Of a stretch of DNA of 48,579 nucleotides, positions 9,223-18,610 are shown piece after piece. The notes beneath the pieces are model-generated. The model saw only the letters and a program-made list of their open reading frames with translations. It ran no database searches and was not told the DNA's origin. The DNA is from an uncultured Eubacteriales bacterium (GTDB lineage: Bacteria > Bacillota > Clostridia > Christensenellales > CAG-314): NCBI GenBank assembly GCA_949289125.1, contig CASEME010000017.1:1-48579 (forward strand), in the 5' to 3' direction. Within the stretch, counting starts at the first letter, position 1, and each line of letters starts with the position of its first letter. The position numbers were made by a program, and so were the translations under genes.

Positions 9223-12200
9223 TTATGCTTTGATGTATTTGCCGCTTGCCGTACGCAACAACGCATTGTGCGTAACGCCATATTCCATAGCGGTAGTTAG
9301 TGCAGTGGTCAGTGCAGGGCTGGTCTTTGCAAAGCCCAACTTTTGCAACGTTTCTTTGATAAGGTCTGTTGCCGTCATAGATATACCTTCGTCCAATACA
9401 CTTCGCATAGCGGCTACCGCTTCATAAGGCGGTATGTCTTGCGGTTCTACTTTCATAACAGTCATTTTGCGGTAACTGTCGCAGTTAAGACATTCGTCTG
9501 TTGCACGCAAAAACTCTTTGCCGTCTATCGTTTCCCGTTTGACAGGCAGTTTTTGTAGCAGTGTGTTCATACGTGCGTTTATCTTGGGGGTGGAACGCAT
9601 AACGCCATACGAGTTGAGCGTACGTTGCAACAAGAAGTTGCCCGACATCGGTTCTTCTTTTTCTACAATGGCAGTCATACGTTGAAGTATTGCCTTTTCG
9701 TTTGCTGCGTCGGTCAACCAATCGTTGTGCACGTTTTCTGCACGAATGTTGGCGGTAGTGTAACTGCGCAGATACTTATCCTGCGTTTTGGATTTTGCAG
9801 TGTCTGTAGTGGGCGCGGTCAACTTGTTGATATAGTCTTTTATGCGACGTATCTCACGTTTGGGGTTGTGATAGAAGTTCAATGTCCACACACGCATTAC
9901 GTTCCAATTAAGCCGTTTCAACGTTTGAGCTTGCAACAGATACTTGTCGCGTGCAGACCTGTCTGTAGAGCCGTCTGCCAATACTGCCAACGCATAACGC
10001 TTTTTGTTGCGTGGATCGACCACTGCTACGTCAATGCGGAATCCCGATACACCGAGGTCGTATCGACACTCAAAGCCCTGTTTGCGCAGTTCTTTGGCTA
10101 TGTACTTGCCAATGCCTGCTTTGTGCATAGCAATGTCGTTGGAGTTCAATGCAAGCATAGTGCGTCCGCTTGTTGCAAATTCCAAAAACTTCTTAAGGCC
10201 TATTACGCCCTTGCTGTTGGTGCGTGACATATCTATCATAGCAGAGGTCATACAAGAGAATACTATCATTTCTTCTCTTGCACGCGTTACTGCAACATTT
10301 AGACGCCTCCAGCCTGCGCTCTGGTTGAGCGGTCCGAAGTTTAGCAAAAGGTTGCCGTGGCTGTCCGGTCCATAACCTACCGAAAACAGTATAACGTCAC
10401 GTTCGTCACCCTGTACGTTTTCCAAGTTTTTGACAAACAACGGTTCGGGGCGGTCGTAAGCTACATTTTCCAACTTGTATTTTACCAACATAGCATTGAG
10501 CTGGCTTTCCACAGCGTCTTGTTGTGCGGTACTAAATGTTACTATACCAATAGACTGATTGCACGTAGCTTTGTCGGTTAGGCGCTTGCGCACTTCTTCC
10601 ACCAATGCTTCGGCTTCCTTTTTGTTCTGTTTGGTATTGCCTCTGTCGTATGTAGCGTCGGGCAGGTATCGCATAGTAACCTTGCTTTCCATAGCGTCGG
10701 GCGATGGGAAGGTAAACAGGTTGTTGCCATAGTACATAAGGTTGGAAAAGGCAATAAGACTTTCGTGCTTGGAGCGATAGTGCCACAACAAGTGCTTTTC
10801 TGTCATACCAAGTGCCATACAGTCGTCCAACACGCTTTCAAGGTCCTCAAGGTCGAGGTGTTCTTCGTCCACGTAGTCACTGCTAAAGAAGGACGTAGGC
10901 GGCAACTGCTTGGGATCGCCCACAACAACTACGGCTTTGCCGCGTGCTATTGCGCCTATTGCTTCGGCTGTAGGCAACTGCGACGCTTCGTCAAATACAA
11001 CAAGGTCAAATCTATTGGCTTGCGGTGCAATGTATTGAGCAACCGATATAGGGCTCATAAGCATACAGGGTGCAACGAGTGAAAGCAAGTGCGGTATGTC
11101 GTCAAACAACTTGCGCAAGGTGTAACTGTGTGCCATACTCTTTGCCGTTTTTTGCAATGCTACAATTTCTAATGACAACTTACCCTCTGTGTCGAGGTCG
11201 GGCAGACGTGCAATCAGTCTTGCGCGTATTTCCTCTCTCGTCACTCTTTGCAGTTCTTCGTTTATCTGACGGAAGCGCTCTATTTTGTCTTCCAACTGTG
11301 CGCTGTTAAACTCTCTTAGTACTTCGTCTTCCTTGCTTATTGTATCTATATAATAGGCATATATCTTCTTGCGGAAGCAAGACAGCAGTGTATCGCTGTT
11401 AAGTTTGCCCGAAAGCAACGGTTCAACGGCAAAGGATAGTCCCATGTCGGACAATTTTTGCTGTGAGCTGTAAAAACTGCACCAATTTGCCAACAGGTCG
11501 GAGTTTTCGTTCAAAGCAGTGCACTTTGCAGTAAGAAAGTCGAGGTAGTCCTCGTCCAACACCGAATAGTCGCCCATAATGTTGAATTTGTCAAAAAAGG
11601 CGTTGACTGCGTCTTGCATCTGCTCGTATGCCTGCAAAAATCTGCGTGCCGTCACAATGTTGTCGTTGCGGTAAAAGTCTGCGCATGCCTGATTGAACAG
11701 TTGACTGTCATATTCGGCAAATATATCTGTACCAACATCGTACAGCTGTTCCATACGTTGTACAAAAGTATTGAGCTTGTCTTGCGAACGGCGATTGAAT
11801 TTTAACGCAGTTGCAAGTTGCTGAGCAATATCTTCGGTCTGTTGTTGCAACTCGTGCACAGTAAGTGCGGTGTTGGTAAGTTTTATCAGTTGTTTTTCGT
11901 CTATGCTGTGCAGGCAATAGCGTTGTATACGCTTAGCAAAAGCGGCACATTTGGACTTGCCGTTGACGCCCGTGTTGTCTAACTCGTTGCGCAACTGCTG
12001 TAGCTTTGCTGTAGGTTCGGGCAAAACTCTGCAGTGAGAGGAGTACTCGTTGAGCAGTGTTTCACGCTTGCTACGTAGCTCCGAATACTTGTTGATAAGG
12101 TCTGCCGTTTGTCTGTCGGCATTGCTGAATACATTGTAATAGTACTCGTTTTCATTGCACAAAGTCTGTGTCAACGTGTACAACGAGTGCAGTTTGTTTT

Positions 12201-14889
12201 TTGTAAGTGTACGCACTTTGTGACGATATACGGGCAAAAGCAATGCTATGTATTGCTTAAGGTGGCGTATCTGCTCGCACACAATGTCGCAGTGCGTGCG
12301 TAGCGCCATATCCAGCCCTTCGGTGTAGTTGCCGTTGAGCATATCGTTGAAAGGTGAGCTGTGCACTTCGCCACACTGACGTGCGTATGCGGCAAGCTCT
12401 GTCAACGCATTTTCGTACTCGTCAAGCATCTCTGCTGTCAAACCGTCGCAAAATGTACTGTCTATATCCATCACATCGGGTGCGGATATGTTTTGCTCGT
12501 ATTGCAGTACCGCCTGATACAGCGATATGCCAAGATAGTGAGGCGTGTGCAATGCGTCTGTTATTTGCGTAAGACTTTTGCGCACTGCCTGATATTTGTC
12601 GGCTACTGCGTTGAAGTCTGTATCTGCTTTGTACTTGTTGAGTGCAAGCGTATTGAGCAGTCTGTCGGTAACATCGGCTTTGTCTGCCTTGTTGGAGTGC
12701 AATTCTATGCAAAACTCACCTATGCCGATATTGTCCAAACGTTGCTTAACTACCGACAAAGCTGCCATTTTTTCGGCAACAAACAGTACTTTTTTGCCAC
12801 GAGCTACCGCATTGGCAATGAGGTTGGTTATAGTTTGCGATTTGCCTGTTCCCGGTGGACCGTGCAATACAAAGCTCTGCCCTGCGCCTGCAGATACAAT
12901 GGCGTCCAACTGCGAAGCGTCCGCCACTATGGGCAAAAATACGTCTTTGGTGTTGATATCTGCCGTTTTGGCACTTTTTTGCGGCAACAGTTCGGGTTGC
13001 AGTCTGTTGTTGATAAGCGATTTGACAAGTGCATTTTGTGCAAAGTCGTCTATGTGGTATCGTATGTCGCTCCACATAAGATAGCGAGTGAAGCTGAAGT
13101 TCGCCAAGTGCATATCTTCCACAACGTCCCAACCGTGCATACTTACTATTTTGCTACGTACCGACGCCAAAATGTTGTCAATATTCAGCTGTTCACTGTC
13201 CAAGTTGTCCAAACCGCGCAGTTCGATGTTGAATTCCTGTTTCAAAAATTCAAACAAGGTAGTGTTAATTTGCAATTCGTCTGCGCGCACGTCAAGCGAA
13301 TAGCCCTTTCCACCTTCTTTTTTGACCAAAGTGACGGGTATCAATGTGAGCGGTGCGTATTTGGGGAAAAGGCTGTCTTCGCGCTCGTACCATTTGAGAA
13401 AGCCGCCTGCAAGATACAGCGTATCTACACCCATCTCTTCCAAAGCGGTGCGTTCGCGTCTGTACAATGTGTTGAGTGTGGCTTTGAGCTTTGTTTTGTC
13501 CACAAAGGTGCGCAGACGTTTGTTTTTGAGCTCTATTGTGTTGAGTTCTGCCACGCCCTTAAGACTTGCTTTGGTGTCAAAGTTGCGTGCTTTGGCTATT
13601 ACGCCTCCTATGTCGGGAGGGGTGTCGTTGACAGAAAAAGTCTTTTTCTCAAACAGGTATTTTACCGTCTCCGCCAAGTCGCATACCAATATGTGTAGTG
13701 AGCTTACAGACGGACGGAAGTGCAACAGCATATTTTTGAGCGAGAGGTCGAGCAAACGTCTTTCCCATTGTTTTTGTCTGCTAACTGCCGTTTGCGTGGA
13801 CAAAACTTTGCCCTTGCTTAGCAGTTGCGGTGCGCTCTCTACGTCGGTGTCCGATTCGTAAAACAGTTGCGCGCCGTCCTCGCCTACTATTCTTTCGGGC
13901 AAAGGTTTGACGCCACCTGCTCTACAGCGTTTGATGTCTACGCAGTACTCAAAGGCTTGTCCTTTGGCAAGTGCTTGCGAATATGCTTTTTCTGCGCCCG
14001 TATAGTTGAGATTGGCGTCAAAAATGCACTGTGCGTCAAACAAAGTGATGTCGTTGACGCCGTCGCTTGCAAGTTTGCGTACAAGTTCTCTGTCGTTTAC
14101 ATAGCTGTCCGTCATACAGTTGTCGTACAGCCACAAGCCTGCATGCGCGTTGTTTTTGTCTATTATTACTATAGGGTTGAGCCCGCAACTTTCGGCTACC
14201 GAGCAGTACAACAGACAGGCTTCGAGCATAGTAGCACTGCGTGTACGCAGTATGTCACCGTAACTGCGTATGGTACTTGCCTTGCTGTTTTCTTTTTCCT
14301 CTATCTTTTTTAGTTTGAGTGCCTGCAAGGCGGTATATATTGCTGCGGCTATACTGCGCACACTGTTTTTTGTGCTGTCGGCATATCCGCTGAATTGTAC
14401 AGGCATCTTCCAATCTCTAAGTATGTTTTGTACGTCGTTTTTCAGTCTTGCAACTTCTGGGTGACGTGGGCGTACAAAGCCTGCCAACAAGTCCACATAT
14501 TCTCCCTCGGGATTCCAACAGTCAAAGGGGAGCAGAGTTACGCTACAGTCTTTTTGACAGTGTTTCTTTTTGTCTGTGGATATTGTTACGCTAACGGTAG
14601 CTTTTTGGTTGGCATTTACGTTTTGCAAATAGTAGGGTGACAGCGTAACGCCTGTAGTGTCTATCTCTACAGTGCTGTCTGCCGGCAGTTGTTCTATTGT
14701 TTTTACAAAAGGCAGCAAAAATTCGGGCTGACTTTCTATAGTTACGGTTACGCCGTCAATAGGTTCGATGGAGTTGTTTTTTACATACAATCGTTGCACA
14801 AAAGGCACATTGCTTTTGCAATACGCATAGTTGACAGCTTTGCGTACGGCAAGTTCCATTTCCAATACAGATTTTGTGGTTTGCGCCAT
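9223..14889 (-). CDS. 1888-aa multidomain protein: N-terminal DUF4011 / transglutaminase-like (Cys...His...Asp) region, SF1 Upf1-like helicase (AAA_11/AAA_12), Vsr/DUF559-like PD-(D/E)xK endonuclease domain, C-terminal DUF3320
   Basis: Helicase motifs: Walker A GPPGTGKS, Walker B DEASQ, motif QLPP, motif WHYRS, arginine finger VAVTRAR. N-terminal TGase-like CLLYCSVAESCGLNP...HAGLWLYD. Start set at MAQTTK (AAGGAGA RBS) rather than the ORF-track start 15051. Confidence 0.8.
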   Translation of the reverse strand: MAQTTKSVLEMELAVRKAVNYAYCKSNVPFVQRLYVKNNSIEPIDGVTVTIESQPEFLLPFVKTIEQLPADSTVEIDTTGVTLSPYYLQNVNANQKATVSVTISTDKKKHCQKDCSVTLLPFDCWNPEGEYVDLLAGFVRPRHPEVARLKNDVQNILRDWKMPVQFSGYADSTKNSVRSIAAAIYTALQALKLKKIEEKENSKASTIRSYGDILRTRSATMLEACLLYCSVAESCGLNPIVIIDKNNAHAGLWLYDNCMTDSYVNDRELVRKLASDGVNDITLFDAQCIFDANLNYTGAEKAYSQALAKGQAFEYCVDIKRCRAGGVKPLPERIVGEDGAQLFYESDTDVESAPQLLSKGKVLSTQTAVSRQKQWERRLLDLSLKNMLLHFRPSVSSLHILVCDLAETVKYLFEKKTFSVNDTPPDIGGVIAKARNFDTKASLKGVAELNTIELKNKRLRTFVDKTKLKATLNTLYRRERTALEEMGVDTLYLAGGFLKWYEREDSLFPKYAPLTLIPVTLVKKEGGKGYSLDVRADELQINTTLFEFLKQEFNIELRGLDNLDSEQLNIDNILASVRSKIVSMHGWDVVEDMHLANFSFTRYLMWSDIRYHIDDFAQNALVKSLINNRLQPELLPQKSAKTADINTKDVFLPIVADASQLDAIVSAGAGQSFVLHGPPGTGKSQTITNLIANAVARGKKVLFVAEKMAALSVVKQRLDNIGIGEFCIELHSNKADKADVTDRLLNTLALNKYKADTDFNAVADKYQAVRKSLTQITDALHTPHYLGISLYQAVLQYEQNISAPDVMDIDSTFCDGLTAEMLDEYENALTELAAYARQCGEVHSSPFNDMLNGNYTEGLDMALRTHCDIVCEQIRHLKQYIALLLPVYRHKVRTLTKNKLHSLYTLTQTLCNENEYYYNVFSNADRQTADLINKYSELRSKRETLLNEYSSHCRVLPEPTAKLQQLRNELDNTGVNGKSKCAAFAKRIQRYCLHSIDEKQLIKLTNTALTVHELQQQTEDIAQQLATALKFNRRSQDKLNTFVQRMEQLYDVGTDIFAEYDSQLFNQACADFYRNDNIVTARRFLQAYEQMQDAVNAFFDKFNIMGDYSVLDEDYLDFLTAKCTALNENSDLLANWCSFYSSQQKLSDMGLSFAVEPLLSGKLNSDTLLSCFRKKIYAYYIDTISKEDEVLREFNSAQLEDKIERFRQINEELQRVTREEIRARLIARLPDLDTEGKLSLEIVALQKTAKSMAHSYTLRKLFDDIPHLLSLVAPCMLMSPISVAQYIAPQANRFDLVVFDEASQLPTAEAIGAIARGKAVVVVGDPKQLPPTSFFSSDYVDEEHLDLEDLESVLDDCMALGMTEKHLLWHYRSKHESLIAFSNLMYYGNNLFTFPSPDAMESKVTMRYLPDATYDRGNTKQNKKEAEALVEEVRKRLTDKATCNQSIGIVTFSTAQQDAVESQLNAMLVKYKLENVAYDRPEPLFVKNLENVQGDERDVILFSVGYGPDSHGNLLLNFGPLNQSAGWRRLNVAVTRAREEMIVFSCMTSAMIDMSRTNSKGVIGLKKFLEFATSGRTMLALNSNDIAMHKAGIGKYIAKELRKQGFECRYDLGVSGFRIDVAVVDPRNKKRYALAVLADGSTDRSARDKYLLQAQTLKRLNWNVMRVWTLNFYHNPKREIRRIKDYINKLTAPTTDTAKSKTQDKYLRSYTTANIRAENVHNDWLTDAANEKAILQRMTAIVEKEEPMSGNFLLQRTLNSYGVMRSTPKINARMNTLLQKLPVKRETIDGKEFLRATDECLNCDSYRKMTVMKVEPQDIPPYEAVAAMRSVLDEGISMTATDLIKETLQKLGFAKTSPALTTALTTAMEYGVTHNALLRTASGKYIKA

Positions 14890-15199
14890 ATTTTTATCTC
14901 CTTTGCATACAACGGCAGGCAGTGATATTTTTGTATGCCTTGTGCCGTTGCACATCAATATATACCTTACCACACTTTTGCTTTGTTGTCCATACGTGAC
15001 AGCCAACAACATAATTTCTACAACAGACTTTTTTGTGTACCAAACGGTCAAATTGTCAAAAATACGTGAAAAATGTATTGAGAAAGGGATTTTTTTACAA
15101 TTAGTTATTTTACTTTCCTTTTTTGCGCATATGTGGTATAATTACACCAACTTTTGTAAACTTCAACACCTATTGAGATTTACGTTAAGGGAGGTTTTT

Positions 15200-16546
15200 A
15201 TGTACATTATGTTAAGCATTTTGATTGTTGCTATGTGCGGCGCAATCTATTTTGTACAACGCAACAAGCAAAAACGCAACAAGGCAGTATATACATATTC
15301 AGCATTGCCTTTGGCATTGGCGTTTGTGTTTGAGACATGGCACTATGTAGTATTGGCACTTGTTGGAGTAATAGTTGTCGTATCGGTTATTTCCATAGCC
15401 GTACGCGCTGCAAAAAACAAAAAGAAAGGCACTCATTATTCTGAGCGTTCGGAGAGCGTTCAACAACTTGAGCCCGAACACACTAAGGCAGAGTTTATAC
15501 AGCAAGAGCCTCAACAGCAAGCTCAACCTGTTGCCCAACCTGTAGTGCAAGAAGTGCCTACTGTTCAGCACAGTGAGACTGTAGTGCAAGAGAGCACTGT
15601 AGTAACAACTTCTACAGAGGTTGAACAGCAAGAACAGCCAAAGCGCAAGATAGATCCGCTTGCCGAAAAGATTTCCAAACCGCTCAATGGTTCGGACGAT
15701 ACTCTTATAAGATACAACAAGTCGTTTACAGCAAAAATTGTGTTGGGCGACGAAGAGTTGCGCGACCGTTACAACGAGATCAAAAACTTCATTCTTAGCT
15801 TTGAAGGCGTTAAAGCACGTATGAGCTGGAGTAACGAAACTTTCCGCTACAAGCGTCAACCTGTAGCCAAGTTGGCAATAAGAGGCAAGTCTATCACAAT
15901 GTACGTTGCGCTCAATCCGCAACAGTTTGAGGATAGCCCCTACAACGTGGACGACTGTTCGGGAGTAAAGCGTTATGTGGATTTCCCCTCTGCGGTCAAA
16001 CTAAAAGGTCCGCGTGTAACAAACTTTGCAAAAACAATGGTAACAACGCGTCTTGAACAGCTTGATACATACAGCATGGCTATGTATGAGCCGCAGGACT
16101 TCCGTTTGCCTTACCGCCCGTTTACAACATTGTTGCAGGAAAGACTTATCAAAGAAGTAATAGTGCACAAGGGTACAAGCGGCATCAAACGTCTTGCAGG
16201 CGTTGGCGAACTTATTTTGCAACGTGTAGAAGCTGAGGAGGCTGACGAGTTGATGGAAGACGAAGTTGCAGCAACACTTGTCGAGACAAGACATCTCGGC
16301 ATTGCGGCAACGGGCAAAAAAGGTATTATCAATATCGGTGACCTTACCAAAGTGTACAAAGACGGCGACACAGTAACATTGGACGACCTCAAAGCCAAAA
16401 AGATGGTACAGCGTGATGTTGAACGTCTCAAAGTGCTTGCTGACGGCTATTTGGACAAACGTCTTACTGTAGAAGCACAGGACTTCAGCTTGGACGCAGT
16501 TAAGATGATATTGCTAACAGGCGGCAAAGTGGTAGAAGTAGACTGA
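15200..16546 (+). CDS. Membrane-anchored hypothetical protein with a Q/P-rich linker and a C-terminal uL15-like domain
   Basis: AAGGGAGG RBS. Single N-terminal TM helix. C-terminal 70 aa aligns with the ribosomal protein L15 C-terminal domain (KVLADGYLDKRLTVEAQDFSLDAVKMILLTGGKVVEV). Confidence 0.5.
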   Translation: MYIMLSILIVAMCGAIYFVQRNKQKRNKAVYTYSALPLALAFVFETWHYVVLALVGVIVVVSVISIAVRAAKNKKKGTHYSERSESVQQLEPEHTKAEFIQQEPQQQAQPVAQPVVQEVPTVQHSETVVQESTVVTTSTEVEQQEQPKRKIDPLAEKISKPLNGSDDTLIRYNKSFTAKIVLGDEELRDRYNEIKNFILSFEGVKARMSWSNETFRYKRQPVAKLAIRGKSITMYVALNPQQFEDSPYNVDDCSGVKRYVDFPSAVKLKGPRVTNFAKTMVTTRLEQLDTYSMAMYEPQDFRLPYRPFTTLLQERLIKEVIVHKGTSGIKRLAGVGELILQRVEAEEADELMEDEVAATLVETRHLGIAATGKKGIINIGDLTKVYKDGDTVTLDDLKAKKMVQRDVERLKVLADGYLDKRLTVEAQDFSLDAVKMILLTGGKVVEVD

Positions 16547-16693
16547 TAGCACTATTACACAATATTACTTTGCATAAGCTAATTGCCAATACATATTGCG
16601 ACAGGCAAAAAGTTGAGCAAAAGCTATGCAAATGTCACCAACTTGGCACTTGGTGTGCACAAGTACCGTATTTGATTATTACAATACAACAAA

Positions 16694-16730
16694 TAAGGAC
16701 TGTAAGCGTATGCTTGCAGTCCTTTTGTTT
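16694..16730. terminator. Bidirectional intrinsic terminator
   Basis: aaggactgtaagcgtatgcttgcagtcctttt. Confidence 0.7.
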
Positions 16731-16788
16731 TGTAAGTATTTTGTTGTTTGTAATGCAACTGTGTTTGGTTGCAATTTGGTTTGGCGTA

Positions 16789-18312
16789 CTATTCTACACG
16801 CACTGCAATAAAGCTTTGTGCGCCCAACTTAATTTTGTTGCCATCAACTGTTGCATTATTGATAGTAAGCAATGTTTTTGCGTTGGACGGAAGTTTGTAA
16901 GTAGTAGCTTTTGTGCGAGGATTGATAGCGATGTACACGTTGCCACGCTTCAATACGCAAGGAGCATTGCAAACAACTTCGAGGTTGGTATTGTCTTGAA
17001 GCTCGGGTGTTTCGTGGCGCAGTTTGAGCAAAGCACGCACAGTATTTAGCAAAGAGTTGGCGTCTTTTTCTTGTTTCTCTACTGTGGGAGCGTCAGCCGA
17101 ACTGTCGGTAGGCAAATAGAGTGCGTCTGCTGCTGCCTTAGAAAAACCGTAGTTTTTGCTGTTGTCCCATTGCATAGGTGTGCGAGAACCTGTACGGGTG
17201 TATCCGCCCTCTTTGGTAGGCAGTTGAAGGAACTTCATACCTATTTCATCACCATAGTACAGGAAGGGTACGCCGGGCATAGTGAATAAAAATGCAAATG
17301 CCAACTTGCGTTCTTCGGTAGTAAGGTTGAAAGCAGTGCGGCAAGTATCGTGGTTGCCTGTAATAAGTGATATATAGCCGTTGTTTTTGACTGCTTCGTA
17401 TTGTTCGAGGTATTGCTCCATAAAGCAAGATATATCTCTGTCGCTGTCTGCTTTGAAGTAGCTGTTATCTTTGTGACCGTGATAGTCGCGCATAAGCAGG
17501 TTGTATGGGTTGCCTCTCCAATCAAGCAAAAAGTCCATATGAAAACCTGCAGGTATAGCTTGTTTGGGCACGCCCCACTCTGATACAAGAGCGCATTCGG
17601 GATATTCTTCGTCCATCATCTTTCTGATGTCCTGCCATATAAGAGAGGTAGCCACTTTGTCGTCGTCGTTTTTGACAAGTGAGTTGGCCATATCCACTCT
17701 GTATCCGTCACAGCCTTTGTCCATCCAAAAACGCATTATGTCTTTCAAAGCCTCGCGTGTTTTCAAACATTCGGGGCTGTCATAGCGTTGTTGCCAAGGC
17801 TGTCTTACTTCGTAGTAGCCGTAGTTGAGCGCAGGTTGACATTTGAAGAAGTTGACAATGTAAGTGCCGTTGCGTGGACATTCGCCGCCTATATGGGGCA
17901 TACCGTCGCCGCCAACAATCCAGCTATCTGTCCATATATATCTGTCCGAATATTCGTTGCGCTCTGCTTTGCCACTTTGCACAAACCATTCGTGTTCTTC
18001 AGAAGTATGTCCCGGTACAAGGTCCAACAAAACTTTTATGCCCTTATCGTGCGCACGTTGGAACAAGCGAACAAGGTCGTTGTTTGTGCCGTAGCGCGGA
18101 GCAACCTTTTTGTAATCGCGTACATCGTAGCCTGCGTCTTTGAAAGGCGAGTCGTAGCAGGGGTTGATCCACAGCGCATTGCAACCCAACGACTTGATGT
18201 AATCCAACTTTTCGATAATACCGTTGATGTCACCAATACCGTCGTTGTTGCTGTCATAAAAACTTTGCGGATAAATTTCGTAAAAAACCGCGTCTTTTAG
18301 CCAATTTGGCAT
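16789..18312 (-). CDS. GH13 alpha-amylase-family glycosidase (oligo-1,6-glucosidase / alpha-glucosidase-like)
   Basis: DAVFYEIYPQSF, GIGD, LGCNALWINP, GIKVLLDLVPGHTS are GH13 conserved regions I-II. Confidence 0.85.
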   Translation of the reverse strand: MPNWLKDAVFYEIYPQSFYDSNNDGIGDINGIIEKLDYIKSLGCNALWINPCYDSPFKDAGYDVRDYKKVAPRYGTNNDLVRLFQRAHDKGIKVLLDLVPGHTSEEHEWFVQSGKAERNEYSDRYIWTDSWIVGGDGMPHIGGECPRNGTYIVNFFKCQPALNYGYYEVRQPWQQRYDSPECLKTREALKDIMRFWMDKGCDGYRVDMANSLVKNDDDKVATSLIWQDIRKMMDEEYPECALVSEWGVPKQAIPAGFHMDFLLDWRGNPYNLLMRDYHGHKDNSYFKADSDRDISCFMEQYLEQYEAVKNNGYISLITGNHDTCRTAFNLTTEERKLAFAFLFTMPGVPFLYYGDEIGMKFLQLPTKEGGYTRTGSRTPMQWDNSKNYGFSKAAADALYLPTDSSADAPTVEKQEKDANSLLNTVRALLKLRHETPELQDNTNLEVVCNAPCVLKRGNVYIAINPRTKATTYKLPSNAKTLLTINNATVDGNKIKLGAQSFIAVRVE

Positions 18313-18512
18313 GTTTTAATACCTCCAGACTTTGTTGCTGTATTTGTAATAGTTACGCATGTGTGTGCCACAACATGGCGTCCGCAACCGCAAATACGCA
18401 AACGGTTGCAGTAATCGTTAAAATTATAAAGTGACTGTACAAAAAAGTCAATAACAAAATTTGCTTTGCGACTAAAAAAAGCAAAAATCTACCATAAAAA
18501 TTTTAATTTGGT

Positions 18513-18546
18513 ATTGACAAATCGTTAAAGTGTGATATAGTTTTAA
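18513..18546 (+). promoter_or_regulatory. Promoter for malQ (TTGACA-16-TGaTATAGT)
   Basis: Sequence match. Upstream at about 18386-18409 there is a LacI/cre-like palindrome, gcaaccg n10 cggttgc. Confidence 0.4.
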
Positions 18547-18610
18547 GTGTAATCATTTTGATGCTGTTTTTCTCAACGAAGACAGCACTTATGTAGTACG
18601 GAGGGAATAT

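Noticed and set aside
14890-15051. ORF-track N-terminal extension of the giant helicase (start at 15051)
   Set aside because: The upstream 54 codons have no SD. The internal ATG at 14889 is preceded by AAGGAGA at ideal spacing, so the shorter start is preferred.
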